DNA of 37,543 nucleotides from an uncultured Flavobacteriaceae bacterium (GTDB taxonomy: Bacteria; Bacteroidota; Bacteroidia; Flavobacteriales; Flavobacteriaceae), in assembly GCA_964650425.1 (NCBI GenBank), contig CAZYRG010000007.1, positions 1-37,543 of the forward strand. Direction: 5' to 3'. Below the pieces are notes generated by a model. That model saw only the letters and a program-made list of their open reading frames with translations, was not told the DNA's origin and did not search any database. The stretch's first letter is position 1. Every line of letters starts with the position of its first letter. The position numbers and the translations under genes are program-made. Positions 27,728-36,481 of this stretch are shown here, piece by piece.

Positions 27728-28490
27728 ACTTCTCCAGCCATTCTTTAAAATCTTTGACACGTTCTCTGCTTACAATCACCTCTTGTTCGCTATAAGAATT
27801 GAGCTTTAGTTGTAGGCGCGAATTGGTATAGGAGATAATATCCTGTATAGCGTTGATGTTGATGTAAAACTTACGACTTACTCGATAAAAAACCTTTGGA
27901 TCTAGTTCTTGTTCTAGAATTTCTAAGGTGTTATCGATCAAATAATTTCTGTTCTCTTTGGTGTGTAGGTAGGTGCCTTTATTTTCAGAATAAAAACATT
28001 CAATGTCTTCGGTGTTAAATATCTTGATATGCTGACCTACTTTAATCGTAAATCTTTTTTTAAAGGTATTTTGAAGTGTAGCAGGTGCTAGTAGTTTTTG
28101 GATACTTTGTAAATCAATAGTTGTAGAAGTGGTATTTTGGGTTTGTAGGTTTTGAAATTTTTTAATGGCCGCTGCTAGTTCCTCGTCATCAATAGGTTTT
28201 AATAAATAATCAATACTATTAAGCTTAAAGGCCTTTAGTGCATACTCGTCATAAGCCGTGGTGAAAATTACTGAACTTTTTACGGTAAGTGTTTCAAAAA
28301 TTTCGAAGGATAAACCATCACTAAGTTGTATGTCTAGAAATATCAAGTCTGGATGTTCGTGTTCTTGCAACCATTTGATAGACTCATTCACCGAATGCAA
28401 CATGATTTCTACAGGAGTATTTAATTCCGTGAGCATACGTTGTAACCTTCTAGCAGCAGGTTTTTCGTCCTCAATGATTATTGTTGTCAT
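27726..28490 (-). CDS. LytR/AlgR-family response regulator (REC + LytTR)
   Basis: IIEDE, DLIFLDIQLSDG, FTTAYDEYA and DYLLKP; LytTR motifs FYRVSRKFYIN and VSRERV. Confidence 0.93.
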   Translation of the reverse strand: MTTIIIEDEKPAARRLQRMLTELNTPVEIMLHSVNESIKWLQEHEHPDLIFLDIQLSDGLSFEIFETLTVKSSVIFTTAYDEYALKAFKLNSIDYLLKPIDDEELAAAIKKFQNLQTQNTTSTTIDLQSIQKLLAPATLQNTFKKRFTIKVGQHIKIFNTEDIECFYSENKGTYLHTKENRNYLIDNTLEILEQELDPKVFYRVSRKFYININAIQDIISYTNSRLQLKLNSYSEQEVIVSRERVKDFKEWLEK

Positions 28491-28495
28491 TTTTT

Positions 28496-28642
28496 AGTTT
28501 CTGATTTTTGGTTTCTGGTTTTCCTCCTTCGCAAAAGCTACGGCGGATAGGCTGGTTTTTGGTTTCTGGTTTCTGGTTTCTGGTATGCAAATTCTATTTT
28601 CTCTTCTCTATTTTCTTATTTCCAGCATCCAGCATCCAGTTT
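28496..28642. repeat. Composite heptamer array with an embedded REP-like imperfect palindrome
   Basis: GGTTTCT-type units (4 + 4) interrupted by CCTCCTTCGCAAAAGCTACGGCGGATAGG, then CTATTTT/CTCTTCT/CTATTTT/CTTATTT/CCAGCAT/CCAGCAT/CCAGTTT in 7-nt register. Confidence 0.8.
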
Positions 28643-28648
28643 TTATTT

Positions 28649-28972
28649 CTATTTAAACAAATCCATTCCAGGAATATTAGGCATTCCGTCTTTGGCTACA
28701 GCAGCTAGTTCTTGTTCGTTAATCACCGTAGCTCTTTGGATAGCTTTGTTGAGTGTAAGTACCAAGTAATCTTCTAATTGTTCTTTATCTTCAAGTAATT
28801 CGTCTGCTACCGAAATGTTTTTTATTTCTCTATTGGCAGTAAGTGTTACTTTTAATAAATTATCACTAGAACTTTCGTCAATCAATACAGTATTCAATCG
28901 TTCTTTAGTATCGGCAATTTTTTGTTGAGCTTCTTTGAGTTTACCCATCATGCCCATCATATCTCCAAACAT
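28649..28972 (-). CDS. ybaB: YbaB/EbfC family nucleoid-associated protein
   Basis: [32 protein letters not shown] and GMPNIPGM. Confidence 0.88.
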   Translation of the reverse strand: MFGDMMGMMGKLKEAQQKIADTKERLNTVLIDESSSDNLLKVTLTANREIKNISVADELLEDKEQLEDYLVLTLNKAIQRATVINEQELAAVAKDGMPNIPGMDLFK

Positions 28973-29118
28973 TTTCGTTAATTTTAAGATTAGTTATTGA
29001 CAAAATTAGTGCTTTGATCGTTAATAAACTACGTAAATTTATATGAAAACACCTAACGATTTCTTAATTGTAACCCTTATTTTTGTCACTACGTGTAGCA
29101 CAAAACTATAAAAAGATT

Positions 29119-31179
29119 TTGAACGACCATCTGATTATTCCCACAGCTCAAAAAAAAGCGCATACCCTAGAAAAGCACAATGATACTCGTGTGGATCATT
29201 ATTTTTGGCTCAACGATCGGGATGATAAGCAAGTATTGGAATATCTAGAAGCGGAGAACGCTTATAACGATAGCCTCACTGCGCATACCAAAGCATTCCA
29301 AACTACGCTTTTTGAAGAAATGAAAGGGAGGATTAAAGAAGACGATTCTTCTGTTCCCTATAAATTGAATGGCTATTGGTATAGTACACGATTTGAAAAG
29401 AATAAAGGGTATCCGATTTTTTCTCGAAGAAAAGAAACATTAGCGGCGCCTGAGGAAATTCTTTTTGATTGTAATAAAGAAGCAGAAGGACACAGTTTTT
29501 TTAAGCTAACAGGTTTGAGTGTAAGCCCAGATAATACGTTGGTTAGTTTTGGGACAGATACGGTTGGAAGAAGACAGTATACGATTCAAATAAAAAATTT
29601 GCAAACAGGTGAAATATATCCAGAGAAGATAGAAAATGCCTCTGGTAGTGCCACTTGGGGAGCGGATAACAAAACTTTGTTTTATACCCAAAAAGATCCA
29701 GAAACATTACGGTCACACAAAATCTTCCGTCACACACTTGGTACGCCAGTTTCTGAAGACGTTGAGGTATATCATGAGAGTGACGATACATTTAACACCT
29801 TTGTTTACAAGACAAAGAGTAGAAAATACATTGTTATAGGTTCGGGATCGACACTAACATCAGAATATCGCGTACTTCCTGCAGATACGCCTATGGATAC
29901 ATTTAAGGTTATTCAACCTAGAGAGCGAGGATTAGAGTATGGTATATCGCATTATAATGGCCATTTTTATATCCTTACAAATGCAGATAATGCTACGAAT
30001 TTTAAGGTAATGAAAACGCCAGAAGAGGCAACTACTAAACCCAATTGGGAAGAAGTGATTCCGCATAGAACTGATGTTTTGATTGAAGATTTTGATATTT
30101 TTTCCGAGTATTTGGTAATCGGAGAACGAAATAATGGGCTGAATACCATTAGAATTAAGCGATGGGATGGAACGGCAGATTATTATTTGCCTTTTGATAA
30201 TGAAACCTATTCGGCCTACGTAGGGACTAATTTAGATTTTGAAACGGATGTTCTTCGTTATGGATACAATTCTTTGACGACTCCAAGTTCGGTCATAGAT
30301 TTTAATATGAAGACCAAAGAAAAGGAGGTTAAGAAAGAGCAAGAAGTGCTTGGAGGGATCTTTGATAAAAATAATTACGTGTCAGAACGTGTTTGGGCGA
30401 CAGCTCATGATGGAACCAAAGTGCCCATATCTATGGTGTACCACAAAAGTGTAGCAAAAGATGGTACAGCACCGCTATTACAATATGGTTACGGTTCATA
30501 TGGTGCAACAATAGATCCTTATTTTTCGTCTGTTAGATTGAGTTTGTTGGATCGCGGGTTTATCTATGCAATTGCTCATATCCGGGGTGGAGAGTATTTG
30601 GGACGTTCGTGGTATGAAGATGGTAAGTTATTCAAAAAGAAAAATACGTTTACTGATTTTATCGACTGTTCAAAGTTTCTGATCGCAGAAGGATACACCT
30701 CTTCGGAGCATTTGTATGCTATGGGTGGGTCAGCTGGTGGACTTTTAATGGGAGCGGTTGTGAATATGGCACCAAATTTGTACAATGGAATTGTCTCATC
30801 GGTTCCTTTTGTAGATGTGGTAACAACGATGCTGGATGATAGCATACCATTGACTACAGGGGAGTATGATGAGTGGGGAGATCCTAATGATCAAGCATAT
30901 TATGCATATATGAAATCCTATTCGCCCTATGATAATGTAGTAGCGCAGGAATATCCAAATATGCTAGTGATCACTGGATTTCATGATTCTCAAGTACAAT
31001 ATTGGGAACCTGCAAAATGGGTTGCTAAATTACGAGAATTAAAAACAGACACAAATATCTTGTTGTTTCATACAAATATGGATGCAGGTCATAGCGGGGC
31101 TTCTGGACGTTTTGAAGCCTTGAAAGAAGTAGCAGAAGAGTATGCTTTTTTGTTGGATTTGGAAGGGATAAAAGAATAA
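29119..31179 (+). CDS. ptrB: Oligopeptidase B (protease II, S9A family)
   Basis: RVDHYFWL, YGYGSYG, HIRGGEYLG, nucleophile GGSAGG, HDSQVQYWEPAKW and DAGHSG. Start uncertain; TTG at 29119 chosen, downstream of a TATTTTTG box at 29078-29085. Confidence 0.92.
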   Translation: MNDHLIIPTAQKKAHTLEKHNDTRVDHYFWLNDRDDKQVLEYLEAENAYNDSLTAHTKAFQTTLFEEMKGRIKEDDSSVPYKLNGYWYSTRFEKNKGYPIFSRRKETLAAPEEILFDCNKEAEGHSFFKLTGLSVSPDNTLVSFGTDTVGRRQYTIQIKNLQTGEIYPEKIENASGSATWGADNKTLFYTQKDPETLRSHKIFRHTLGTPVSEDVEVYHESDDTFNTFVYKTKSRKYIVIGSGSTLTSEYRVLPADTPMDTFKVIQPRERGLEYGISHYNGHFYILTNADNATNFKVMKTPEEATTKPNWEEVIPHRTDVLIEDFDIFSEYLVIGERNNGLNTIRIKRWDGTADYYLPFDNETYSAYVGTNLDFETDVLRYGYNSLTTPSSVIDFNMKTKEKEVKKEQEVLGGIFDKNNYVSERVWATAHDGTKVPISMVYHKSVAKDGTAPLLQYGYGSYGATIDPYFSSVRLSLLDRGFIYAIAHIRGGEYLGRSWYEDGKLFKKKNTFTDFIDCSKFLIAEGYTSSEHLYAMGGSAGGLLMGAVVNMAPNLYNGIVSSVPFVDVVTTMLDDSIPLTTGEYDEWGDPNDQAYYAYMKSYSPYDNVVAQEYPNMLVITGFHDSQVQYWEPAKWVAKLRELKTDTNILLFHTNMDAGHSGASGRFEALKEVAEEYAFLLDLEGIKE

Positions 31180-31194
31180 TTAAAAAAATTAATG

Positions 31195-31202
31195 TAAATT
31201 TG
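31195..31202 (+). promoter_or_regulatory. Putative -7 box (TAAATTTG)
   Basis: Consensus TAnnTTTG 65 nt upstream of the ATG at 31268. Confidence 0.5.
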
Positions 31203-31267
31203 CAAGGTTTTGCAGCGTGGCTTTAACGAAGCTTAAAAAACGCGTTTGTAAAAAACACTACTAGTTT

Positions 31268-32308
31268 ATGAAAGACGATATACAAGCTTACAATAATGTT
31301 TTAGAGCTCATAGGTGATACACCGCTCATAAAACTGAATGAAATTGTAGATTCTTTTCCAGGAAACTACTATGCTAAAGTCGAGGCTTTTAATCCTGGAC
31401 ATTCTACAAAAGACCGAATAGCGCTTTATATTATAGAAGAAGCTGAGCGCAAAGGGATCCTAAAGCCAGGGAGTACTATTATAGAAACTACCAGTGGTAA
31501 TACAGGGTTTAGTCTTGCGATGGTGAGTATTATAAAAGGGTATGAATGTATTTTGGCAGTGACTTCTAAATCATCAGATGATAAGATCGAAATGTTGAAA
31601 AATATGGGCGCTAAGGTATATGTATGCCCAGCTCATGTGAGTGCGGATGATCCAAGGTCATACTATCAAGTAGCCAAAAGATTACATGAAGAAATAAAAG
31701 GTTCTGTCTACATCAATCAATATTTTAATGAATTAAATATTGATGCACATTATCGTACGACAGGTCCCGAAATTTGGAAGCAAACAAAAGGGCAGATTAC
31801 ACATTTAGTAGCATGTTGTGGAACTGGAGGAACAATTTCTGGTACAGCAAGATATTTGAAAGAGCAAAATCCAGCTATTAAAGTATTAGGAGTAGATGCT
31901 TTTGGGTCGGTATTAAAAAAATACCATGAAACAAGAGAGTTTGATTCAGATGAAATTTATCCATACCGAATAGAAGGATTAGGTAAGAATCTAATTCCTA
32001 CAGCAACGGATTTTGACGTTATTGATGTTTTTGAAAAAGTAAGTGACGAAGAGAGCGCACATACGGCAAGAGAACTTGTAAAGAGAGAAGGTCTGTTTTT
32101 AGGATATACTAGTGGAGCAGCATTACAAGGAGTAAAGCAATTTGCTGGTCAAGATACTTTTGATGAAAATAGTGTTGTTGTAGTGATTTTGCCAGATCAC
32201 GGTTCACGATATATGAGAAAAATATTTAGTGATGAATGGATGAATAAACAAGGCTTTTTTGATAGTAAAAATGAATCTGAAGTTACCAAAATTCAAATGG
32301 TGAAATAA
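31268..32308 (+). CDS. PLP-dependent cysteine synthase/CBS-family enzyme; probable cysteate synthase (CapA-like)
   Basis: [19 protein letters not shown] (PLP Lys), TSGNTG, GTGGT and PDHGSRY; adjacent to the SulA/CapB-like gene. Confidence 0.8.
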   Translation: MKDDIQAYNNVLELIGDTPLIKLNEIVDSFPGNYYAKVEAFNPGHSTKDRIALYIIEEAERKGILKPGSTIIETTSGNTGFSLAMVSIIKGYECILAVTSKSSDDKIEMLKNMGAKVYVCPAHVSADDPRSYYQVAKRLHEEIKGSVYINQYFNELNIDAHYRTTGPEIWKQTKGQITHLVACCGTGGTISGTARYLKEQNPAIKVLGVDAFGSVLKKYHETREFDSDEIYPYRIEGLGKNLIPTATDFDVIDVFEKVSDEESAHTARELVKREGLFLGYTSGAALQGVKQFAGQDTFDENSVVVVILPDHGSRYMRKIFSDEWMNKQGFFDSKNESEVTKIQMVK

Positions 32309-32326
32309 GAACGATATACATAGCTT

Positions 32327-32357
32327 AAAAGCATCCGTAATAGCGGATGCTTTTTTT
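32327..32357 (+). terminator. Intrinsic terminator
   Basis: AAAAGCATCCG-taatag-CGGATGCTTTTTTT. Confidence 0.88.
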
Positions 32358-32603
32358 ATGTTCTTTTCTTACAGACACCTTCTAGTGTAAGATATTAATT
32401 ATGTTATAAACTCTTTTTTCTGTATTTTAGCGGCTGCTAAACGCTTCTGGATATAGTGTTTGCTATGAAATATTATTAGGTAAGTAGTTGTTAATTTGTT
32501 ACTTACTTTAGAGAATGATGTTAATTGAAAAGTAATAGGAGTATTGAGGAACTATCTATTTTGTCAATTTTTTAAATAGAATAGATAAGTAAATGTTTGT
32601 AAG

Positions 32604-32619
32604 GATGACCATGGTCATC
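32604..32619. promoter_or_regulatory. Perfect 16-bp palindrome (candidate operator or leader hairpin)
   Basis: GATGACCATGGTCATC, 24 nt upstream of the ATG at 32644. Confidence 0.4.
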
Positions 32620-32643
32620 AAAAAATAATAAGTAAGAATACGC

Positions 32644-33909
32644 ATGAAAGATTTATTTGATAAAATTTATAAGGATAAAGGACCTTTAGGAAAATGGGCA
32701 GATCAGGCAGAAGGCTATTTTGTTTTTCCAAAATTAGAAGGACCGATATCAAATAGAATGAAGTTTCAGGGCAAAGATGTGATCACATGGAGTATCAATG
32801 ATTACCTAGGCCTTGCAAATAATGAAGAGGTACGTAAAGTTGATGCCGAAGCAGCCTTAGCATATGGCTCTGCATATCCTATGGGAGCTCGTATGATGAG
32901 TGGTCATACGGATTTGCATGAACAGTTACAAGATGAGTTGGCAGCTTTTGTGAATAAAGAAGCAGCTTACTTACTGAATTTTGGTTACCAAGGGATGGTT
33001 TCTACCATCGACGCTTTAGTGAATAAATATGATGTTATTGTATACGATGTAGATGCACACGCATGTATTATCGATGGTGTACGTTTACATCAAGGGAAAC
33101 GTTTTACCTATAAGCATAATGATATGGAAAGCATCGAAAAGAATTTGATGCGTGCTACCAAAATGGCAGAAAAAACAGGAGGAGGAATCCTTTTAATTTC
33201 TGAAGGAGTTTTTGGAATGCGAGGAGAACAAGGTAGACTAAAAGAAATTGTTGCTTTAAAGAAAAAATATAATTTCCGTTTGTTTGTAGATGATGCGCAT
33301 GGTTTTGGTACATTGGGGGCTACAGGTGCTGGAGCAGGTGAGGAGCAAGGCGTGCAGGATGATATCGATGTGTACTTTGCAACTTTTGCAAAATCCATGG
33401 CAAGTACCGGGGCATTTATTGCTGGAGACAAAGAAATCATGGATTTCTTAAAATACAATCTGCGTTCGCAGATGTTTGCCAAGTCGCTACAAATGCAATT
33501 AGTAGTTGGTGCGTTAAAGCGTTTGGACATGTTACGTACCATGCCACAATTGAAAGAGAAATTGTGGGAAAATGTAAATGCTTTACAAAGTGGACTCAAA
33601 GATCGTGGCTTTGATATAGGAACAACACAGAGTTGTGTGACACCTGTATATCTAAAAGGAAGTATTCCAGAAGCAATGGCTTTAGTGAAGGATCTACGTG
33701 AGAATTACGGGATTTTCTGTTCTATTGTCGTGTATCCTGTAATTCCAAAAGGATTGATATTATTACGCTTGATTCCAACGGCGACACATACCTTAGAAGA
33801 TGTAGCGGTAACGCTAGATGCGTTCTCAGCGATTAGAGATCGTCTGGAGAACGGGACCTACAAAAGACTATCGGCTGCTGTAGCTGAGGCTATGGGAGAG
33901 CCTGTATAA
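32644..33909 (+). CDS. Alpha-oxoamine synthase family PLP enzyme; probable cysteate:acyl-ACP/CoA C-acyltransferase (SulA/CapB) of sulfonolipid synthesis
   Basis: GYFVFPKLEG, WSINDYLGL, PMGARMMSG, LNFGYQG, AHACIIDG, DDAHG and TFAKS (PLP Lys). This motif set matches my recollection of SulA/CapB better than BioF/Kbl. Confidence 0.8.
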   Translation: MKDLFDKIYKDKGPLGKWADQAEGYFVFPKLEGPISNRMKFQGKDVITWSINDYLGLANNEEVRKVDAEAALAYGSAYPMGARMMSGHTDLHEQLQDELAAFVNKEAAYLLNFGYQGMVSTIDALVNKYDVIVYDVDAHACIIDGVRLHQGKRFTYKHNDMESIEKNLMRATKMAEKTGGGILLISEGVFGMRGEQGRLKEIVALKKKYNFRLFVDDAHGFGTLGATGAGAGEEQGVQDDIDVYFATFAKSMASTGAFIAGDKEIMDFLKYNLRSQMFAKSLQMQLVVGALKRLDMLRTMPQLKEKLWENVNALQSGLKDRGFDIGTTQSCVTPVYLKGSIPEAMALVKDLRENYGIFCSIVVYPVIPKGLILLRLIPTATHTLEDVAVTLDAFSAIRDRLENGTYKRLSAAVAEAMGEPV

Positions 33910-33936
33910 GGGATATGCATTTCCAAGATAATAACG

Positions 33937-33975
33937 TTAATAAAGAACCCTGCATTTTGCAGGGTTCTTTATTAA
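33937..33975. terminator. Bidirectional terminator hairpin
   Basis: Perfect 18-bp inverted repeat TTAATAAAGAACCCTGCA-ttt-TGCAGGGTTCTTTATTAA between convergent genes. Confidence 0.88.
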
Positions 33976-33977
33976 TG

Positions 33978-36290
33978 CTAATTGACAGTGAAAAAAGAAG
34001 TTTCATTTGTAATTGTTATTTGGGTAGTATCCAAGATTTCCACCTTGTAATAATATGTCAGGCCACTAGTTAATTCAGTATTGATTTGGTATTCTGGGAA
34101 TTGCGTTGCAGTGTCCTCTACTACAGGGATTAAATCTGATTCTTCTAGTATCGATGAAAACTCCGCATCAATAGCAGTAGTCACTTTGTAATTATAATTT
34201 GATGGTATTAATCCGCTATGACTCCATTTAATTATTGGTTTTAGCGTTGTTGTATCAGGATCTAAGAGAATTACTTCAGCGTCCGCTGTATCAAAAATAG
34301 TAAATGATTTTGCTTCATCCCATTGCCCGAATATCCCTTCTGTAGTCCTGTATCTCGATCTATAATAAAAATTGCCAACTCCATCATCTATAGTTTGATC
34401 CCAAATAACATAGGTCTTTCCAAGTTCTGGACTAAGGTTTTCAATTCGTTTGGAGATAGTTGAAAATTCAATATCGGATGAAATTTCTATTTCTAACTTT
34501 AGTTCAGAAAAAGAAGGATTGTTCATTTGATCATAAATAATCTCTATAATTTCTGGATTACTGGAGTTATTATTGTTGATGACAGGAATTTCTAATTCAA
34601 AAATAAACACAAATATTTCTGACCATTCAGAATTAACATCATTGCCATCGGTAGCTCTTACTCTCCAATAAAAACTTGTGTTGTTTTCAGTTAGTAAGTT
34701 AGAGGTGGCCAATTGAGTTTCCAATATGTTACTTTGGCTAAATAAAATCTCACTGAAGTTTTCATCCAGTGCAACTTCTATTTCGTAGGTTGCATTGGGA
34801 ATTTCACTTTCTTCCCATGAGAATTCTGGAGATTTTAAAACTCCTTCTGTTTGACTTGGAGATACTAATATAACACTTCCTAGGTTTATATTAAACTGAG
34901 CAGTAGTCCAATTACTAGTAATTCCATTTACATCAGTATAGTTTACTCTCCAGAAATAAGAAGTGTTATTTTCAAGAGCTATAGGGGATGAAAAAGAAGT
35001 AGTTTGTAATCCAGATTCGTCAATCAATAAGGTCTCAAAATTTTCAGAGTCCGATACTTGGATTCCGTATTTGACATCCGTTTGTTTCGTTTCTGTCCAG
35101 GAAAAATTTGGCTTAGTGTCCGTTGTCTCATCTATTGGAGCTGTTAATTGAATGTCTAGTTTTAGGTCAATATTAAACTGAGCAGAAGTCCAATCACTAG
35201 TAATTCCATTTGCATCGGTATAGTTTACTCTCCAGAAATAAGAAATGTTATTTTCAAGAGCTATAGGGGATGAAAAAGAAGTAGTTTGTAGTCCAGATTC
35301 ATCAATCAATAAGGTCTCAAAATTCTCAGAGTCTGATACTTGGATTCCGTATGTGATATTCTCTTTACCAACTTTTGTCCAGGCAAAATCTGGCTTGGTG
35401 TCAGTTGTTTCTCCAATTGGAGCAGATAATTCAATATCTACAATGTTTACAATTCCATCTCCATCAGAATCTATAAATTTCTCAAAGTTTGGAATGGTAT
35501 AAGTTACCCCAATGGCATCAAATCGTTTTTTTAGATTTTGTTTTACTCCATCACTATCGATTATAGTGTTGTTAGTTTTAATTTCTTCGAGATTAGCAGC
35601 GTCGTTTATGATTCCGTCTGTCTCTAAATCCTCCGCTAGTTTAGCCATAAATTCGCTAAGTTCAGCAACTGAATTATCTCCCTGTAGAATTGTAGAAATT
35701 GCTAGTAATACTGCATTACCTTCTCCTTCTTGACTAATGTCTAAATTTTCAAAATTTGAAATACGTTCTTGAACAAGCTCGGGAATATTGAAGGCATTTA
35801 ATAATTCACTTTCTGACTGTTTTTTTGCCTCTATGTAAGTTAAACCTTCTGTAATAATTAAGTATTTAGTTCTAAGACGAGCTAAAGTCGTAAGGATGTT
35901 AATGTTGATTCTATTTTCGTTGTCAAATTCAACATAAGTCCTAAGTGTCAATTGTGCATTAGACAGTTCACCTGATACTTCATTGAAATAGAATCCCGTT
36001 GCAGAAATATCAATTTTAGTACTTTCCAATGTTGTATTTATGTCAAAGGATCCAAAGTCATCGTTAGTCTCTGTAGTAAAAGTCTTTTTACTTGAAGATA
36101 AGTTGTCATTAAGTTCTTGAATCGTAATTGTGGATCCTTGTATAAAAGGACCTTTTTGTACTAAGCTTTTACTTAAATTAAAATTGATTGGTTTAACGAT
36201 TTCCGGAATGGTGCTTTCGTCATCTTTTGAACAATTACAAAAAAGAATTGAAATTATTAGTAGGATACTTAGGGAATAGTTTTTTTTCAT
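33978..36290 (-). CDS. Acidic surface lipoprotein with tandem Ig/Fn3-like domains
   Basis: Signal peptide ending FCNC-SKDDE (lipoprotein, acidic export-signal-like). N-domain VQKGPFIQGS...GFYFNEVSG...NINILT, a DSDGDG loop, then about 5 repeats of P.F.W...Y.I.VS...F...YFWRV. Confidence 0.8.
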   Translation of the reverse strand: MKKNYSLSILLIISILFCNCSKDDESTIPEIVKPINFNLSKSLVQKGPFIQGSTITIQELNDNLSSSKKTFTTETNDDFGSFDINTTLESTKIDISATGFYFNEVSGELSNAQLTLRTYVEFDNENRININILTTLARLRTKYLIITEGLTYIEAKKQSESELLNAFNIPELVQERISNFENLDISQEGEGNAVLLAISTILQGDNSVAELSEFMAKLAEDLETDGIINDAANLEEIKTNNTIIDSDGVKQNLKKRFDAIGVTYTIPNFEKFIDSDGDGIVNIVDIELSAPIGETTDTKPDFAWTKVGKENITYGIQVSDSENFETLLIDESGLQTTSFSSPIALENNISYFWRVNYTDANGITSDWTSAQFNIDLKLDIQLTAPIDETTDTKPNFSWTETKQTDVKYGIQVSDSENFETLLIDESGLQTTSFSSPIALENNTSYFWRVNYTDVNGITSNWTTAQFNINLGSVILVSPSQTEGVLKSPEFSWEESEIPNATYEIEVALDENFSEILFSQSNILETQLATSNLLTENNTSFYWRVRATDGNDVNSEWSEIFVFIFELEIPVINNNNSSNPEIIEIIYDQMNNPSFSELKLEIEISSDIEFSTISKRIENLSPELGKTYVIWDQTIDDGVGNFYYRSRYRTTEGIFGQWDEAKSFTIFDTADAEVILLDPDTTTLKPIIKWSHSGLIPSNYNYKVTTAIDAEFSSILEESDLIPVVEDTATQFPEYQINTELTSGLTYYYKVEILDTTQITITNETSFFTVN
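34881..35438 (-). repeat. 282-bp intragenic tandem duplication (94-aa domain)
   Basis: 35157-35438 and about 34881-35156 are near-identical in DNA; both encode GIQVSDSENFETLLIDESGLQTTSFSSPIALENN.SYFWRVNYTD.NGITS. Confidence 0.92.
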
Positions 36291-36393
36291 TTTTTACTTT
36301 TTTTTAAAAGGGCGAATTTAGCAAAAATATGACTAACTTTTTGATTTTTAGTTAGATTTGCAGCAAAGTTTATTGTTTATAGATTTTTGGAAT

Positions 36394-36432
36394 AAAAAAA
36401 TGCCAGTAAAAATAATTTTTACTGGCATTTTT
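36394..36432 (-). terminator. Intrinsic terminator of the DUF937 gene
   Basis: AAAAATGCCAGTAAAAA-taa-TTTTTACTGGCATTTTT; T7 tail on the minus strand. Confidence 0.85.
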
Positions 36433-36481
36433 ATCTTTTCTCTATTTTCTATGTTCTCTTTTCTAAGAGAAAGAAGAAAGG

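Noticed and set aside
25357-28642. CRISPR array interpretation of the short repeats
   Set aside because: The units are 7 nt and tandem with no unique spacers, and there are no cas genes.
28508-28708. 66-aa ORF with repeated FLVSGFW
   Set aside because: It is a translation of the heptamer array and overlaps ybaB in antisense.
32644-33909. Annotation as bioF or kbl
   Set aside because: It is the same fold family, but the GYFVFPKLEG/PMGARMMSG/NFGYQG motifs and the CysK-like neighbour fit SulA/CapB better. No gene symbol is given without a search.
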